Source: Candidatus Latescibacterota bacterium
Lineage (GTDB): Bacteria; Latescibacterota; UBA2968; GCA-2709665
DNA length: 64,000 nucleotides
Reading direction: 5' to 3'
NCBI GenBank assembly: GCA_965203805.1
Contig: OZ241917.1
Span: 3,648,001-3,712,000 of the forward strand
Under the pieces are notes generated by a model. That model saw nothing but the letters and a program-made list of their open reading frames with translations. It had not been told where the DNA came from and ran no database searches. The translations under genes were made by a program, and so were the position numbers. The first letter of the stretch is position 1. The number at the start of each line of letters is the position of its first letter. Below, in pieces: positions 1 to 9,053 of this stretch.

Positions 1-1
1 T

Positions 2-469
2 CAGGTAGGCCATTCCCCGGTAGTAGCGGGCCTCGGCCACCAGTTCCGCCGGCGCCCCTGCTTCGTTCGGCGCGATCTCGTCGATTACGAAATCGGCCAG
101 CGCCCGTAGCTCCTGGACGTTCCAGTACACCCCGGTGGCGCTCGTCCCCGTCGAGTTCATTATGTCCGGGGTGATCTCGTTGGGGGCGTCCAGGGTCTGG
201 ATGAGCCCCGTGCCATGGATCGAATAGTTGTCGGTCACGACCTCGGCGACGACGTAAGCGTTGACGAGGCGGGCGAACTGCGCCCTGAGCCCGGGCAGGA
301 GCGCCTCGGTCGTGTTGGTGGCCTGCGCCAGGTCCTCGTGGGTGGTGGTCGGATTATTCACCCGGGTGGGATTTATGGCGTCACAGCCACCGGCCACAAG
401 GACGCCGAGAAGCATCACGGCCATGGTCGGCAGTCCCCGTCTCAGGATCGAAACGTTCATGTTCATCAT
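2..469 (-). CDS. SusD/RagB-like outer-membrane lipoprotein, 5' part (runs off the window)
   Basis: Read manually: MMNMNVSILRRGLPTMAVMLLGVLVAGG-C-DAINPTRVNNP..., a signal peptide with lipobox Cys. GGAGA lies upstream. Directly downstream of a SusC-type receptor on the same strand. Confidence 0.75.
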   Translation of the reverse strand, partial: MMNMNVSILRRGLPTMAVMLLGVLVAGGCDAINPTRVNNPTTTHEDLAQATNTTEALLPGLRAQFARLVNAYVVAEVVTDNYSIHGTGLIQTLDAPNEITPDIMNSTGTSATGVYWNVQELRALADFVIDEIAPNEAGAPAELVAEARYYRGMAYL

Positions 470-693
470 GCTGTCTGTTCTCCGTTGGACGCAGGCCATC
501 AGCCTTAATGCGACAGATTCAGCAACGCGGCGTCGCGACAAGACCCTTCGAATTGGGCCGAAAAGGTCTTCCGGAAGGACAATTTTTCCGTTCACGTCCA
601 GTGACCTGAAGGATCATAGAAATCAGCAGTTAAATCGCCTTTATTCACTTGCACATTTTCGAATTAACGTCCCCGAATAATGACGAATCAAGG

Positions 694-3675
694 TTAGAAG
701 ACCACCTCGACACCGAGCTTGAACTGCCGGTTCGGCGAGAGTGTCGTACTGGTCTCGCCTCCCAGCTGCAGTCCGCCGCCGGAAAGCCCGTTGAGTTCGC
801 CGTCGACGATCCCGTTGCGGGACCATATCCACAGGTTGCGGCCACTCGCGAGCAGCGAAGCACGGCCGGCGCTGATGCTCCCGGCAACTGCCTCCGGCAG
901 CGCATACCGCACCGCGACCTCCCTGAGCTTGAAGAAGTCACCGTCGTAGAGGAAGGCGCTCCGCGCGGCGTTCTGGCTGTACTTGCCCATCGCGGAGCCG
1001 TTCTCGTCGTACCGGATCGGGAAGGCGTATTCGCAGCCGTCGTCGGCGCCCTCTTCCATCCCGCAGCGTACGCGCTCACGACGGTAGATGCCGTTGAAAG
1101 TTGCCCAGACCGAACCCCAGTCGAACACCTGATGACCACCGGCCCAGTCGGCCAACGCACTGATCGTCAGATTGTTGCCGATCGCGATCGTGCTGTTGAA
1201 GCTTCCGCTCTTGTCCGGAACCGGAAATCCGCCGGTGAACCGGCGCTCGGAGCCGTCCGGCAAGCCGTCGCCATTGGTGTCTACCGGCATGGTCACCCAC
1301 CATGCGCCGACTGGACCTCCGCGGCAATCCCCGTCTACCATCCTCCAGCAGCCGGTCACACGTTTCTGGGAACCGTCCGCGCCGAAGTCCGCCACGCCGC
1401 CCATGTCGGTGACTTCATTGTGAGTGTAGCGGAACGTTCCACCCAGGCGCCAGGCCAGTTGCCTGGTGTTCAGAATGTCCACGTTGGCGCTTAGTTCAAC
1501 CCCGCGGTTCAGGATCTCACCCACGTTCTCCTGCTGGGTGCCCTGCCCGGTAACCGGCTGGCGGGGCACCTGGAACAGCGCGTCGGTGGTGCGGGCGTCG
1601 TATACCGTCAGGTCGATCCCGACCCGGTTGTTCCAGAGTGCGGCGTCGATTCCGGCCTCGATCGTGGAAGTCTTCTCCGGGCGAAGTTCAGCGTTGCCCG
1701 GGTTGGCAAACCTCGGGGCCGACTCCCCGCGGAAGGAGATGGCCGAGAAGGTCCGGTCCTTCAGAAAGGCACCCGGGAACCGGCCGGTCTGCCCGTAGGC
1801 GGTCCGGAGCTTGAGTTCGTCCACGAAAGGAAGGCTGACGTCGTCCGAGAGGATGTACGACCCGGTGGCCTTGGGATAGAGTTCCGTGTCGATATTGTCT
1901 CCGAAGCTGGAGCCGGCGTCGATGCGGAACCCGCCTCCGAGGTAGAGCTTGTTCCAGAAGCTGAGTTGTTCGTCCACGTACAACCCGCCGTTGAACACCT
2001 CGATGTTGATCTCGAAGGCGGTAATCTCGGCCGCCGCGTCGAAGTCGAAGGAACCTGGGAGGGCGAAGCCCAGCCCGTTGCCGTTGATGATACTCTCGTC
2101 TTTGCGAAAGCCCTGCACGCCCACGGTGAGCGAGGACCCGATGCTCCCGCCCGGGTTCTCCCACGCGTAGGTCGCGCCCGCGTCGAGCGACACCGAGGTG
2201 AAGGAGCGGTCCCGCCGGTTGAGTTGTCCGGTGGGTTCGCCCGGCGTGAAGCCGATCGGTTGGTAGATCCGCTGCTGGTTGCTCCGGTTGTCGCTGCCCA
2301 CCGTAAGCCTGGCGGTCAGGTCGTCGCGGATGTTCCAGCGGGCGCCAACGGAGAAAATGAACCTGTCGACCCATTCGTCGATGTCGGGCATCAGGAAGAT
2401 TTCGTGCGCCTCCTGGAGGGTGGCGGCTCTGGAAAAGAAGAGGGCGTCGCCGACCTCGAAGGTGGTGATGGGATCCGCGATGGAGGAACCGTTGTAGAGC
2501 CGCTGAAAGTTGTGGCGGACGTAGCTGCCCGAGAACTCCAGGGTGAAATCCTCGCGGACGGACGCCTGCAGGCCGCCCCGCAGGTTGTAGTTGGTGCTGG
2601 CATCCTTGGGCTGGCTGCCGGTGCGGTCCGCGAGGCGGCCGCTGACGCTGTACGTCACGTTGGCGGTGCCTCCGTTGACGCCGAGGTAGTAGCTCTGGGT
2701 CCGACCGTTCCTGAAGTGCTGATCTTCCAGGAAGGTGGCCGTGACCTCCCCGGACTCGACCCGGTCCGGGAAGATCACGCCGGTATCGAAGATGTACTTG
2801 AGTTCCGGCACCTCGATGCCCTGCTCTACGCGGGCCGTAATGCGCGGCGCCCCGGGGGTGCCCTTCCTGGTGAAGATCTGGATTACCCCGGTTGCGGCGT
2901 CGGAACCGTACAGAGTGGAGGCGGCGCCGCCCTTGGTGATCTCGATGCGATCGATGTCGCTGGTGAGCAGGTCGGCGAGCGCGGAGGACTGCTCGCCCCC
3001 GGTGCCCGCGGCGGTCGACTGGTCGTTGTCGACGCGCACCCCGTCCACGTAAATGATCGGGGTCTGGGCGCCGAACACCGAGGAAATTCCCCGGAAGTTG
3101 ATCAGCGAGCCGGTGCCCGGCTGCGCCGAGGTGGCGTTGACGGTCGCGCCCGCGACGCGGCCTTGAATCAGCTGGTCGACGGACTGGACTGGCGCCAACG
3201 CGATGTCTTCGGTTGAAAGTACATCGACCGACGCGCCCAGGGCGCGCCGCGCGGTTTCGGCCCCCACACCGGTCACGACGATTACGTCGAGCGCGATCGC
3301 CGTTGGCGACATCTCGAATTCGATGTTGTGTGTCTCCCCGCCACCGACGGTCACGGTCTGATAGGCTTCACTGTACCCAATATACGTCGCGCGCACGGCC
3401 TGTTCGCCGACGGGAACATTGAGAAGCGTGAAACGGCCTGCTGCGTTGGTGAGTTGGCCGATTCCGGTACCCGTTATGAGGACCCGTGCATCGGCGAGGG
3501 GACGCCCGGATGAGGCGTCCAGGATCTGGCCCGTGATTACGCCGGTCCGACTTTCGGCCGTCGCCGGGGCCCAGCCTGCGATCGCCACCAGCACGGTCAA
3601 GGCGGCAATCGCAACACCCCTGAGTAGCGACTGACTGTGGATGATTCCCCCTTTGCGGCGCGCTCGTCCGTCCAC
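694..3675 (-). CDS. SusC/RagA-type TonB-dependent outer-membrane receptor
   Basis: Signal peptide, CarboxypepD_reg-like N-terminus (GQILDASSGRPL), plug motif (DIDRIEITKGGAASTLYGSDAATGVIQIFT), LRPEK, C-terminal Phe. GGAGG SD before GTG. Confidence 0.92.
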   Translation of the reverse strand: MDGRARRKGGIIHSQSLLRGVAIAALTVLVAIAGWAPATAESRTGVITGQILDASSGRPLADARVLITGTGIGQLTNAAGRFTLLNVPVGEQAVRATYIGYSEAYQTVTVGGGETHNIEFEMSPTAIALDVIVVTGVGAETARRALGASVDVLSTEDIALAPVQSVDQLIQGRVAGATVNATSAQPGTGSLINFRGISSVFGAQTPIIYVDGVRVDNDQSTAAGTGGEQSSALADLLTSDIDRIEITKGGAASTLYGSDAATGVIQIFTRKGTPGAPRITARVEQGIEVPELKYIFDTGVIFPDRVESGEVTATFLEDQHFRNGRTQSYYLGVNGGTANVTYSVSGRLADRTGSQPKDASTNYNLRGGLQASVREDFTLEFSGSYVRHNFQRLYNGSSIADPITTFEVGDALFFSRAATLQEAHEIFLMPDIDEWVDRFIFSVGARWNIRDDLTARLTVGSDNRSNQQRIYQPIGFTPGEPTGQLNRRDRSFTSVSLDAGATYAWENPGGSIGSSLTVGVQGFRKDESIINGNGLGFALPGSFDFDAAAEITAFEINIEVFNGGLYVDEQLSFWNKLYLGGGFRIDAGSSFGDNIDTELYPKATGSYILSDDVSLPFVDELKLRTAYGQTGRFPGAFLKDRTFSAISFRGESAPRFANPGNAELRPEKTSTIEAGIDAALWNNRVGIDLTVYDARTTDALFQVPRQPVTGQGTQQENVGEILNRGVELSANVDILNTRQLAWRLGGTFRYTHNEVTDMGGVADFGADGSQKRVTGCWRMVDGDCRGGPVGAWWVTMPVDTNGDGLPDGSERRFTGGFPVPDKSGSFNSTIAIGNNLTISALADWAGGHQVFDWGSVWATFNGIYRRERVRCGMEEGADDGCEYAFPIRYDENGSAMGKYSQNAARSAFLYDGDFFKLREVAVRYALPEAVAGSISAGRASLLASGRNLWIWSRNGIVDGELNGLSGGGLQLGGETSTTLSPNRQFKLGVEVVF

Positions 3676-3677
3676 GG

Positions 3678-5549
3678 TTATCCTCCCGGTCTGTAGGATC
3701 CAAAAGCGGAACGCAGCCTGTCCGATATCTCGCCGACCGTCGCACCGGCCAACCCTGCCGCCACGACCGCTTCCGTAATCGACCCCGCGCCCCGCGCCCG
3801 CCGTTCGATTTTGTCCAGCGCAGCCTGCGCGGCGTCGGAATCCCGCAGGCCCCGCGACCGCCTCAGGTCAAGCTTCTGCCTGTGTTCCGAGTCCTGTGTG
3901 GGCTGGAACGTCGAAACCGGCGTTTCCGGGTCTCCCTGAAACCGGTTCACCCCCACCACGACGGTCTCGCCGGACTCGATCTTCTTTTGCGCATCGTATG
4001 CCGAGTCCGCGATACAGGCCGCCGTAAAGCCGTTTGCGGCCGCCTCCCCGGCTCCCCCCTCCCGATCGACCGCTTCCAGTACGGCCAGGGCTTCCTCCTC
4101 CAGCGCATCGGTCATTTTTTCAACCGCGTACGACCCTCCCATGGGATCTACGGTATCCGGGATGCCGCTTTCGTAGGCCAGGATCTGCTGGGTACGTACC
4201 GCCAGCTGCGCCCCCGTGTCCGACGGCAGGCCCAACGCTTCATCGTACGCGTTGACGTGCAATGACTGGGCGCCGCCCAGAACGGCGGCCAGCGCCTGCA
4301 GCGTGGTCCGTGCGCAGTTGTTCATCGGCTGCTGGGCCGTGAGGGTCGAGCCCGCGGTCTGGGCATGGAATCTCAGGCGCCTGCAGCGCGGGTCATTCAC
4401 GCCAAGGCGTTCCCGGACGAGGCGGCTCCAGAGTCGCCGCGCGGCGCGGAATTTGGCGATTTCCTCCAGAAAATTGTTGTGAACGCCGTAAAAGAAGGAA
4501 AATTTCGGGAGGAACCGCTCCGGCTCGAGGCCTGCCGCGGTGGCGGCGTCGGCATACGACAGGGCGTGGGCGACCGTAAAGCCAAGCTCCTGTGCGGCGG
4601 TTGCGCCGGCCTCCCGCATGTGGTAACCGCTGACGCTGATTGGGTTCCACTTTGGCGCCTCCCTGAGACAATAGTCCATCAGATCCACCACCAGGCGCAT
4701 CGAGTCGGCAATCGGGAAGACATATGTTCCACGTGAAACATATTCCTTGAGAATATCATTCTGGACCGTGCCGGTAAGCGCCCGCGAAGGCAGTCCGCGT
4801 TTCTTTCCGAGGCCCGCGTAGAACGCGAACAGGATGCAGGCTGTCGCGTTGATCGTCATGGATGTGCTGATGCGGTCCAGCGGGATTCCATCGAACAGGG
4901 TATCCAGGTCCCAGAGCCCGTCTACCGCCACGCCCACCCTGCCAACCTCGCCGCCCGCGTTTGGATGGTCCGAGTCGTACCCCATCTGTGTGGGCAGGTC
5001 GAACGCCACGCTCAAGCCGGTCTGGCCCCGGGCAAGCAGATCGCGAAACCGGGCATTGGTCTCCGCGGGAGTGGAAAATCCCGCGTACTGGCGGAAGGTC
5101 CAGAGGCGGCCGCGATACATGGAGGGATAGGCGCCGCGGGTGAACGGGGGTTCGCCCGGGCGTCCGATCCGGTCCGGAGCGTCGCGGCCGCCTCCGTCTC
5201 CGCTGCCCCGTGCCCCCGTGGGATTTCCTTCGCTATCGACGCCGCCGTCGCACCTCGCCGCGCTTTCGGCGGGGTCGGCAAGCACTCCTGCCATCCGGTC
5301 GAACAGGCGCCTGGCCTCTGCCGAGGCGGCGCGCTGCCTGTAGGCCTGTAACAGCAGGGTTCCGGAGTCCAGGCCAAGGGCGGCCGCCAGGTCCAGGCAT
5401 CGCTTGTCTGAAGGAATTCGCTTTCCGCTCTCGATCTGTCCGATATAGGTGCCCCAGACGCCGATCCTTTCACCCAGCCCCTGCTGGCTGAACCGGCCCT
5501 GGCGAGCCTTCCTGATCAAATCGCCGAAAACCATCGCCGAAGCCTCCAT
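3678..5549 (-). CDS. XRE-family HTH fused to a methylmalonyl-CoA mutase large (substrate-binding) subunit; no B12-binding domain
   Basis: N-terminal FGDLIRKARQGRFSQQGLGERIGVWGTYIGQIESGKRIPS (Cro/C1 HTH), a Gly-rich linker, then PFTRG, RQYAGF, GLSVAFDLPTQMGYDSD, QNDILKEY, SGYHMREAG, HAQTAG. No DxHxxG motif. Start at 5549 or 5534. Confidence 0.88.
   Translation of the reverse strand: MEASAMVFGDLIRKARQGRFSQQGLGERIGVWGTYIGQIESGKRIPSDKRCLDLAAALGLDSGTLLLQAYRQRAASAEARRLFDRMAGVLADPAESAARCDGGVDSEGNPTGARGSGDGGGRDAPDRIGRPGEPPFTRGAYPSMYRGRLWTFRQYAGFSTPAETNARFRDLLARGQTGLSVAFDLPTQMGYDSDHPNAGGEVGRVGVAVDGLWDLDTLFDGIPLDRISTSMTINATACILFAFYAGLGKKRGLPSRALTGTVQNDILKEYVSRGTYVFPIADSMRLVVDLMDYCLREAPKWNPISVSGYHMREAGATAAQELGFTVAHALSYADAATAAGLEPERFLPKFSFFYGVHNNFLEEIAKFRAARRLWSRLVRERLGVNDPRCRRLRFHAQTAGSTLTAQQPMNNCARTTLQALAAVLGGAQSLHVNAYDEALGLPSDTGAQLAVRTQQILAYESGIPDTVDPMGGSYAVEKMTDALEEEALAVLEAVDREGGAGEAAANGFTAACIADSAYDAQKKIESGETVVVGVNRFQGDPETPVSTFQPTQDSEHRQKLDLRRSRGLRDSDAAQAALDKIERRARGAGSITEAVVAAGLAGATVGEISDRLRSAFGSYRPGG
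4725..4740. promoter_or_regulatory. parS: parS centromere-like site
   Basis: TGTTCCACGTGAAACA fits the ParB/Spo0J consensus TGTTNCACGTGAAACA; the palindrome extends to ATA...TAT (4722-4743). Lies inside the mutase gene. Confidence 0.8.
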
Positions 5550-5625
5550 TCGGGAATCGCGGCACCGGATAATGCGAACGCGACGCCGGGACCGGGTAAA
5601 CACACGCTTGTGTGTGTGCAGATCA

Positions 5626-5660
5626 AGTATAAAATACTGTTTTTAAATACGTTTATAAAA
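5626..5660. promoter_or_regulatory. AT-rich promoter region with two palindromes, candidate operator for the XRE-mutase operon
   Basis: AGTAT-AAA-ATACT (5626-5638) and TTTTAAATACGTTTATAAAA (5641-5660, 16/20 self-complementary), 80-110 bp upstream of the start. Confidence 0.45.
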
Positions 5661-5670
5661 CCTGAAACCG

Positions 5671-6105
5671 GTGAGACGTGAGACGCAAGACGGTAGATGA
5701 CGTCCTTGCACGATTGGTCATTGCTCTATGCCGCTGGTATGAAATGAAACCGCACAGGGCAGGCAATCTCTCACGTCTTACGTCTCCCCGCTCTTCAGGC
5801 ACTCACAGTATCTCACGTCTCACGTCTACCCTCTCACCGCCCTTAGGGAATTTGAGGAGATGTGGACGTTGAGTTTTATTCTTGGTTTTGATTCTAACTG
5901 ACGGCTGAATTCTGGTTTGTTGGGGCCTGCCTGCAGCGCCTGTCTGCGTGCGTACACGCACAGGCAGGCAGTACGCTACGCAGGCAGGCAACCCTTGTGG
6001 TTGCCCGCCTTTCGCGTGTTTCCGGGTTTCCTTTGTGTCTTTGTGTCTCCGTGTGAGCAGATTTTCGCTTCAAGCCGACTGCTGAACGCCGATGGCTGAA
6101 AGCTG
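5671..6105. repeat. Intergenic repeat mosaic 1
   Basis: GTGAGAC/TCTCACG heptamer runs, AGGGAATTTGAGGA (5845), nested hairpin inserts within a GGGCAACC-GGTTGCCC hairpin, CTTTGTGT octamers, GCTGA heptamers. Confidence 0.8.
5926..5988. repeat. Two nested mini hairpin inserts (outer 5926-5988, inner 5939-5968)
   Basis: CCTGCCTGCagcg[CCTGTCTGCgtgcgtacacgcaCAGGCAGG]cagtacgctacGCAGGCAGG; removing it restores GGGGCAACCCTTGTGGTTGCCC. Confidence 0.85.
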
Positions 6106-6109
6106 CCTT

Positions 6110-6967
6110 TCAACCCGAAACGACCGTATTCTCGAGCCGGCCGATGCCGTCGACTTCGCACACGACGCTGTCGCCAGCCTTGAGCCAGAGTTGCGGCTCC
6201 CGGGCCATTCCGACGCCCGGCGGCGTGCCCGTAAATATCAGGTCTCCCGGCTGGAGGGTGACAACCCGGGACAGGTAGGCGATCAGCTGGTCGACCTTGA
6301 AAATCAGTTGCGCGGTATTCGAGTCCTGTACGGTCTCGCCGTTCAGAATACAGCGAATATCCAGGTTATGGGGATCGCCCGCCTCGTCGGGGGTGACAAG
6401 TTCCGGGCCCAGCGGCGCGAAGGTCTCGAAGGTTTTGCCCAGCAGCCATTGGCCGCCGGGTTTTTCCAACTGAAAGTCCCGCGCGCTCACGTCGTGGCCC
6501 ACCGTATAGCCCGCGACGTGGCGCATCGCATCGGATTCGGGGATATCCTTTCCCGCCGTTCCGATGACAACAACCAGTTCGACCTCATAGTCGATGGAAC
6601 TGCTGATCGACGGCAGGCGGATCGCGTCGCCGGGTCCGATGATGGTGGAAGAGAACTTGGAAAACACCACGGGCTCGGATGGAATGGGCATATTGCTTTC
6701 CGCAGCATGGTCCGCGTAGTTCAGGCCGATGCAGAGGATCTTTTCCGGGTTCTGGATGGGCGCCACCACGCGGACGGCGCCGGTGTCGATGCCCTCGCCC
6801 CGCGCTGCCGCCGCTCCCGCCGCGGCCAGAGCGGCCGGCCCCGCCTCCAGCAGACCGACCATGTCCGACGGAATGCCGGGATCGACGCGGCTCACGTCCA
6901 CGATCGTGTCTCCCGACCGGACGCCCACGCGTCGCGATCCCTGGTGTTCGAAAGTGAGCAATCTCAT
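6110..6967 (-). CDS. Fumarylacetoacetate hydrolase family protein
   Basis: KILCIGLNYADH, DYEVEL, HDVSARD, GKTFETFAPLGP, GDLIFTGTPPGVG. Start moved to MRLLTF. Confidence 0.92.
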   Translation of the reverse strand: MRLLTFEHQGSRRVGVRSGDTIVDVSRVDPGIPSDMVGLLEAGPAALAAAGAAAARGEGIDTGAVRVVAPIQNPEKILCIGLNYADHAAESNMPIPSEPVVFSKFSSTIIGPGDAIRLPSISSSIDYEVELVVVIGTAGKDIPESDAMRHVAGYTVGHDVSARDFQLEKPGGQWLLGKTFETFAPLGPELVTPDEAGDPHNLDIRCILNGETVQDSNTAQLIFKVDQLIAYLSRVVTLQPGDLIFTGTPPGVGMAREPQLWLKAGDSVVCEVDGIGRLENTVVSG

Positions 6968-7130
6968 ATGAAGGTTACCTTTCCTGAACGGGATGACGTT
7001 GTCCTGCGGAACAGGGCGCGAAGGATAACATGCGGGCCGAAACCTGTCAAGGGATAACCGTCCGTTGGTAAAGTCCATGCGGGCTGACAGGCACGATGAG
7101 ACGGGCCGCATGCGGGTTCCGAACGATGAG

Positions 7131-7340
7131 TAATCCACGATGTTGAAAACTCGATCAAAATCGATGTGGAGAATTTAGCTATTGTTTTTATGTTGGTTAA
7201 ATGAAGCAATCCACAGAATTCCACCACCAATGGCTGAAGTCTGTGGAAAACATGTGGAAGAGTCCGGAGGCACTTCCACATGCGGTAAGAGGGTAGGCGT
7301 GAGACGGTAGAGGATAACGTTACCACAGTGTTTTCACGCT
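7131..7340. other. Candidate replication origin (oriC): cluster of DnaA-box-like 9-mers with an AT-rich stretch
   Basis: TAATCCACG 7131, TGTTGAAAA 7141, TGTGGAGAA 7165, CAATCCACA 7207, TGTGGAAAA 7242 (exact TTWTNCACA on the minus strand), TGTGGAAGA 7253, ACTTCCACA 7272, AGAGGATAA 7309, GTTACCACA 7319. AT-rich 7172-7205. parS is 2.4 kb away. Confidence 0.6.
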
Positions 7341-7399
7341 AACCGTGCCTGTTTCTCTACCGTTATCGTAACGACAAGAAAATCCATCGTGCACTCATA

Positions 7400-8000
7400 T
7401 CGTCTCCCGTCTCCCCGCCTTTAGGGACCTACCCCCTAACCCCCTTCCTGAGAGGAAGGGGGAACGGTGACGGATCGATGGACTAGGCATGCAAATGTGC
7501 CGGGTGGCGATTCGCTGTCAATCAGAGTATCTATAGATGACCGGCCCGCGGCGCCTGGTCTTACTCCCCCTCTCCCCGCGGGAGAGGGGGCCTGCCTGCC
7601 GGTGGTTTTTCGGCAGGCAGGGGGGAGAGGTCTGCGCGCCGATCGCCGGAAGATTTCGTCCGGCCATATCAGTGCCCCGTGGCCGCAGGTTATCATCTCC
7701 CGTCTACCGTCTCCCCTCTCACCGCCTTCAGGGAATTTGGGGAAAAGGGGATTTTGAATTAGGTTTTCGCTTTTGCTTCAAGCTGACGGCTGAATGCTGA
7801 CCGCTGATTGCTGCTTTTCGACGGCAGGGAATTTGGGGAGACGTGGAAGTTGAAGTTGATTTTCGGCTTTGATCCTTACTGACAGCTGTCGGTTGACTGC
7901 TCTGTTTCTCTTTGTGTCTTGGTGTCTTTGTGTGAGCTGATTGCCGTTTTTGATCTTTGCTGACGGCTGACTGCTGACTGCTGAGAGCTGGTTTCTTCTG
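7400..8000. repeat. Intergenic repeat mosaic 2
   Basis: CGTCTCC heptamers, CCCCCTTCC/GGAAGGGGG and CCCCCTCTCCC/GGGAGAGGGGG hairpins, mini insert at 7591-7621, AGGGAATTTGGGGA at 7730 and 7826, GCTGAnn heptamer runs, CTTTGTGT runs. Confidence 0.8.
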
Positions 8001-8177
8001 CTTCCCCACCGGCCCGTAAACCCTGTCATCCCGCGTCAACCGCTCCGTCCGCGCCGGTTCCGCGACCCAAATTTTCCCTTGCTCCCCTCCGGCGATTATT
8101 CTATATTTCCGCAAATCTGCGATGGGCGTTATCGCGCCCTGAAATGCGATAATCCGGGCAATGGAGAATGCTGGCTC

Positions 8178-8759
8178 GTGATTGAAAAGGTAAAGGACGA
8201 CGTCGCCGAACTGCTCGAACCCTCCACGCAGTTTCTGGTGAAAAAGCGGTTCCGGCCGAATGCGCTGACCCTGGTCGGGTTTCTCCTGAACCTGGTCGCG
8301 GCGCTGCTCTTCGGATTCGATTACATCCGGTGGGCCGGTCTTGTCGTGCTGCTCGCCGGCGTGTTCGATTTTCTGGATGGACAGGTGGCCCGCGTGGGGC
8401 GGAGCGAAACCACGTTCGGCGCGCTTCTGGACTCTACTGTAGACCGTTATTCAGAGATTTTCATCTGGTTCGGCATGGCGGTCAGCTTCATCAGGTCTGA
8501 CTCGCTGTGGACCACGTCCGCCGTGTTTTTCGCGCTTGCCGGCTCGTTGATGGTGAGCTATATCCGGGCGCGCGTCGAGGGTCTGGGCGAAGAATGCAAG
8601 GTCGGTTTCATGCAACGGCCGGAAAGGGTTATCGCCATTGGCGTGGGGGCGCTGGTGGGCGAAATCGGGCTTACGGTAGCGATCTGGGCCATTGCGTTTC
8701 TGGCCAACTATACCGCGTTGCACAGGGTTTTGTATTTCCGCAAGCGGTCCCGGGATTGA
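8178..8759 (+). CDS. CDP-alcohol phosphatidyltransferase family protein
   Basis: DFLDGQVAR...FGALLDSTVDRY signature; hydrophobic; GTG start after GGAGA. Confidence 0.9.
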   Translation: MIEKVKDDVAELLEPSTQFLVKKRFRPNALTLVGFLLNLVAALLFGFDYIRWAGLVVLLAGVFDFLDGQVARVGRSETTFGALLDSTVDRYSEIFIWFGMAVSFIRSDSLWTTSAVFFALAGSLMVSYIRARVEGLGEECKVGFMQRPERVIAIGVGALVGEIGLTVAIWAIAFLANYTALHRVLYFRKRSRD

Positions 8760-8817
8760 ACCGGTGGCGGGCAGGACTCGCCTGAACTGAAAGCAAGCCG
8801 GAGGAGCAGCAGGGAAG

Positions 8818-8843
8818 AAGGCGCACAAGGGTGCGCCTTTTTT
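8818..8843 (+). terminator. Rho-independent terminator
   Basis: AAGGCGCAC-aagg-GTGCGCCTT followed by a T run. Confidence 0.75.
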
Positions 8844-8979
8844 GTACGTATCTGCCAGCAGGAATCCGGAAGCGAATCGGTTATGTGTTATCTTCCGGAT
8901 TTTTTATATTCCCGCAGAACGGCGACGCGCCGAAACGGGTCGCCGGGGCGGGCGCCACAAAAAGCACAACGGCCGGACG

Positions 8980-9000
8980 CCTGTCTGCCGGGCAGGCAGG
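8980..9000. repeat. Mini hairpin insert (21 bp)
   Basis: CCTGTCTGCC-g-GGCAGGCAGG at the loop edge of GGCCGG-acg-CCGGCC. Confidence 0.75.
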
Positions 9001-9053
9001 CCGGCCGGCCGGATGGGCTTTCTCAACGGGCTGTTTGGGGATGGAGGCACGGG

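Noticed and set aside
5550-6105. Cobalamin riboswitch upstream of the mutase fusion
   Set aside because: No recognisable B12 box; the region is explained by repeats. An Infernal scan would be needed to exclude it fully.
7730-8000. Possible CRISPR array in the repeat mosaics
   Set aside because: Units are 7-14 bp and degenerate, with no constant repeat-spacer period and no cas genes.
8760-8905. Possible ncRNA after the phosphatidyltransferase gene
   Set aside because: Only a terminator and a second inverted repeat (AATCCGGAAG/CTTCCGGATT) are visible; no family recognised.
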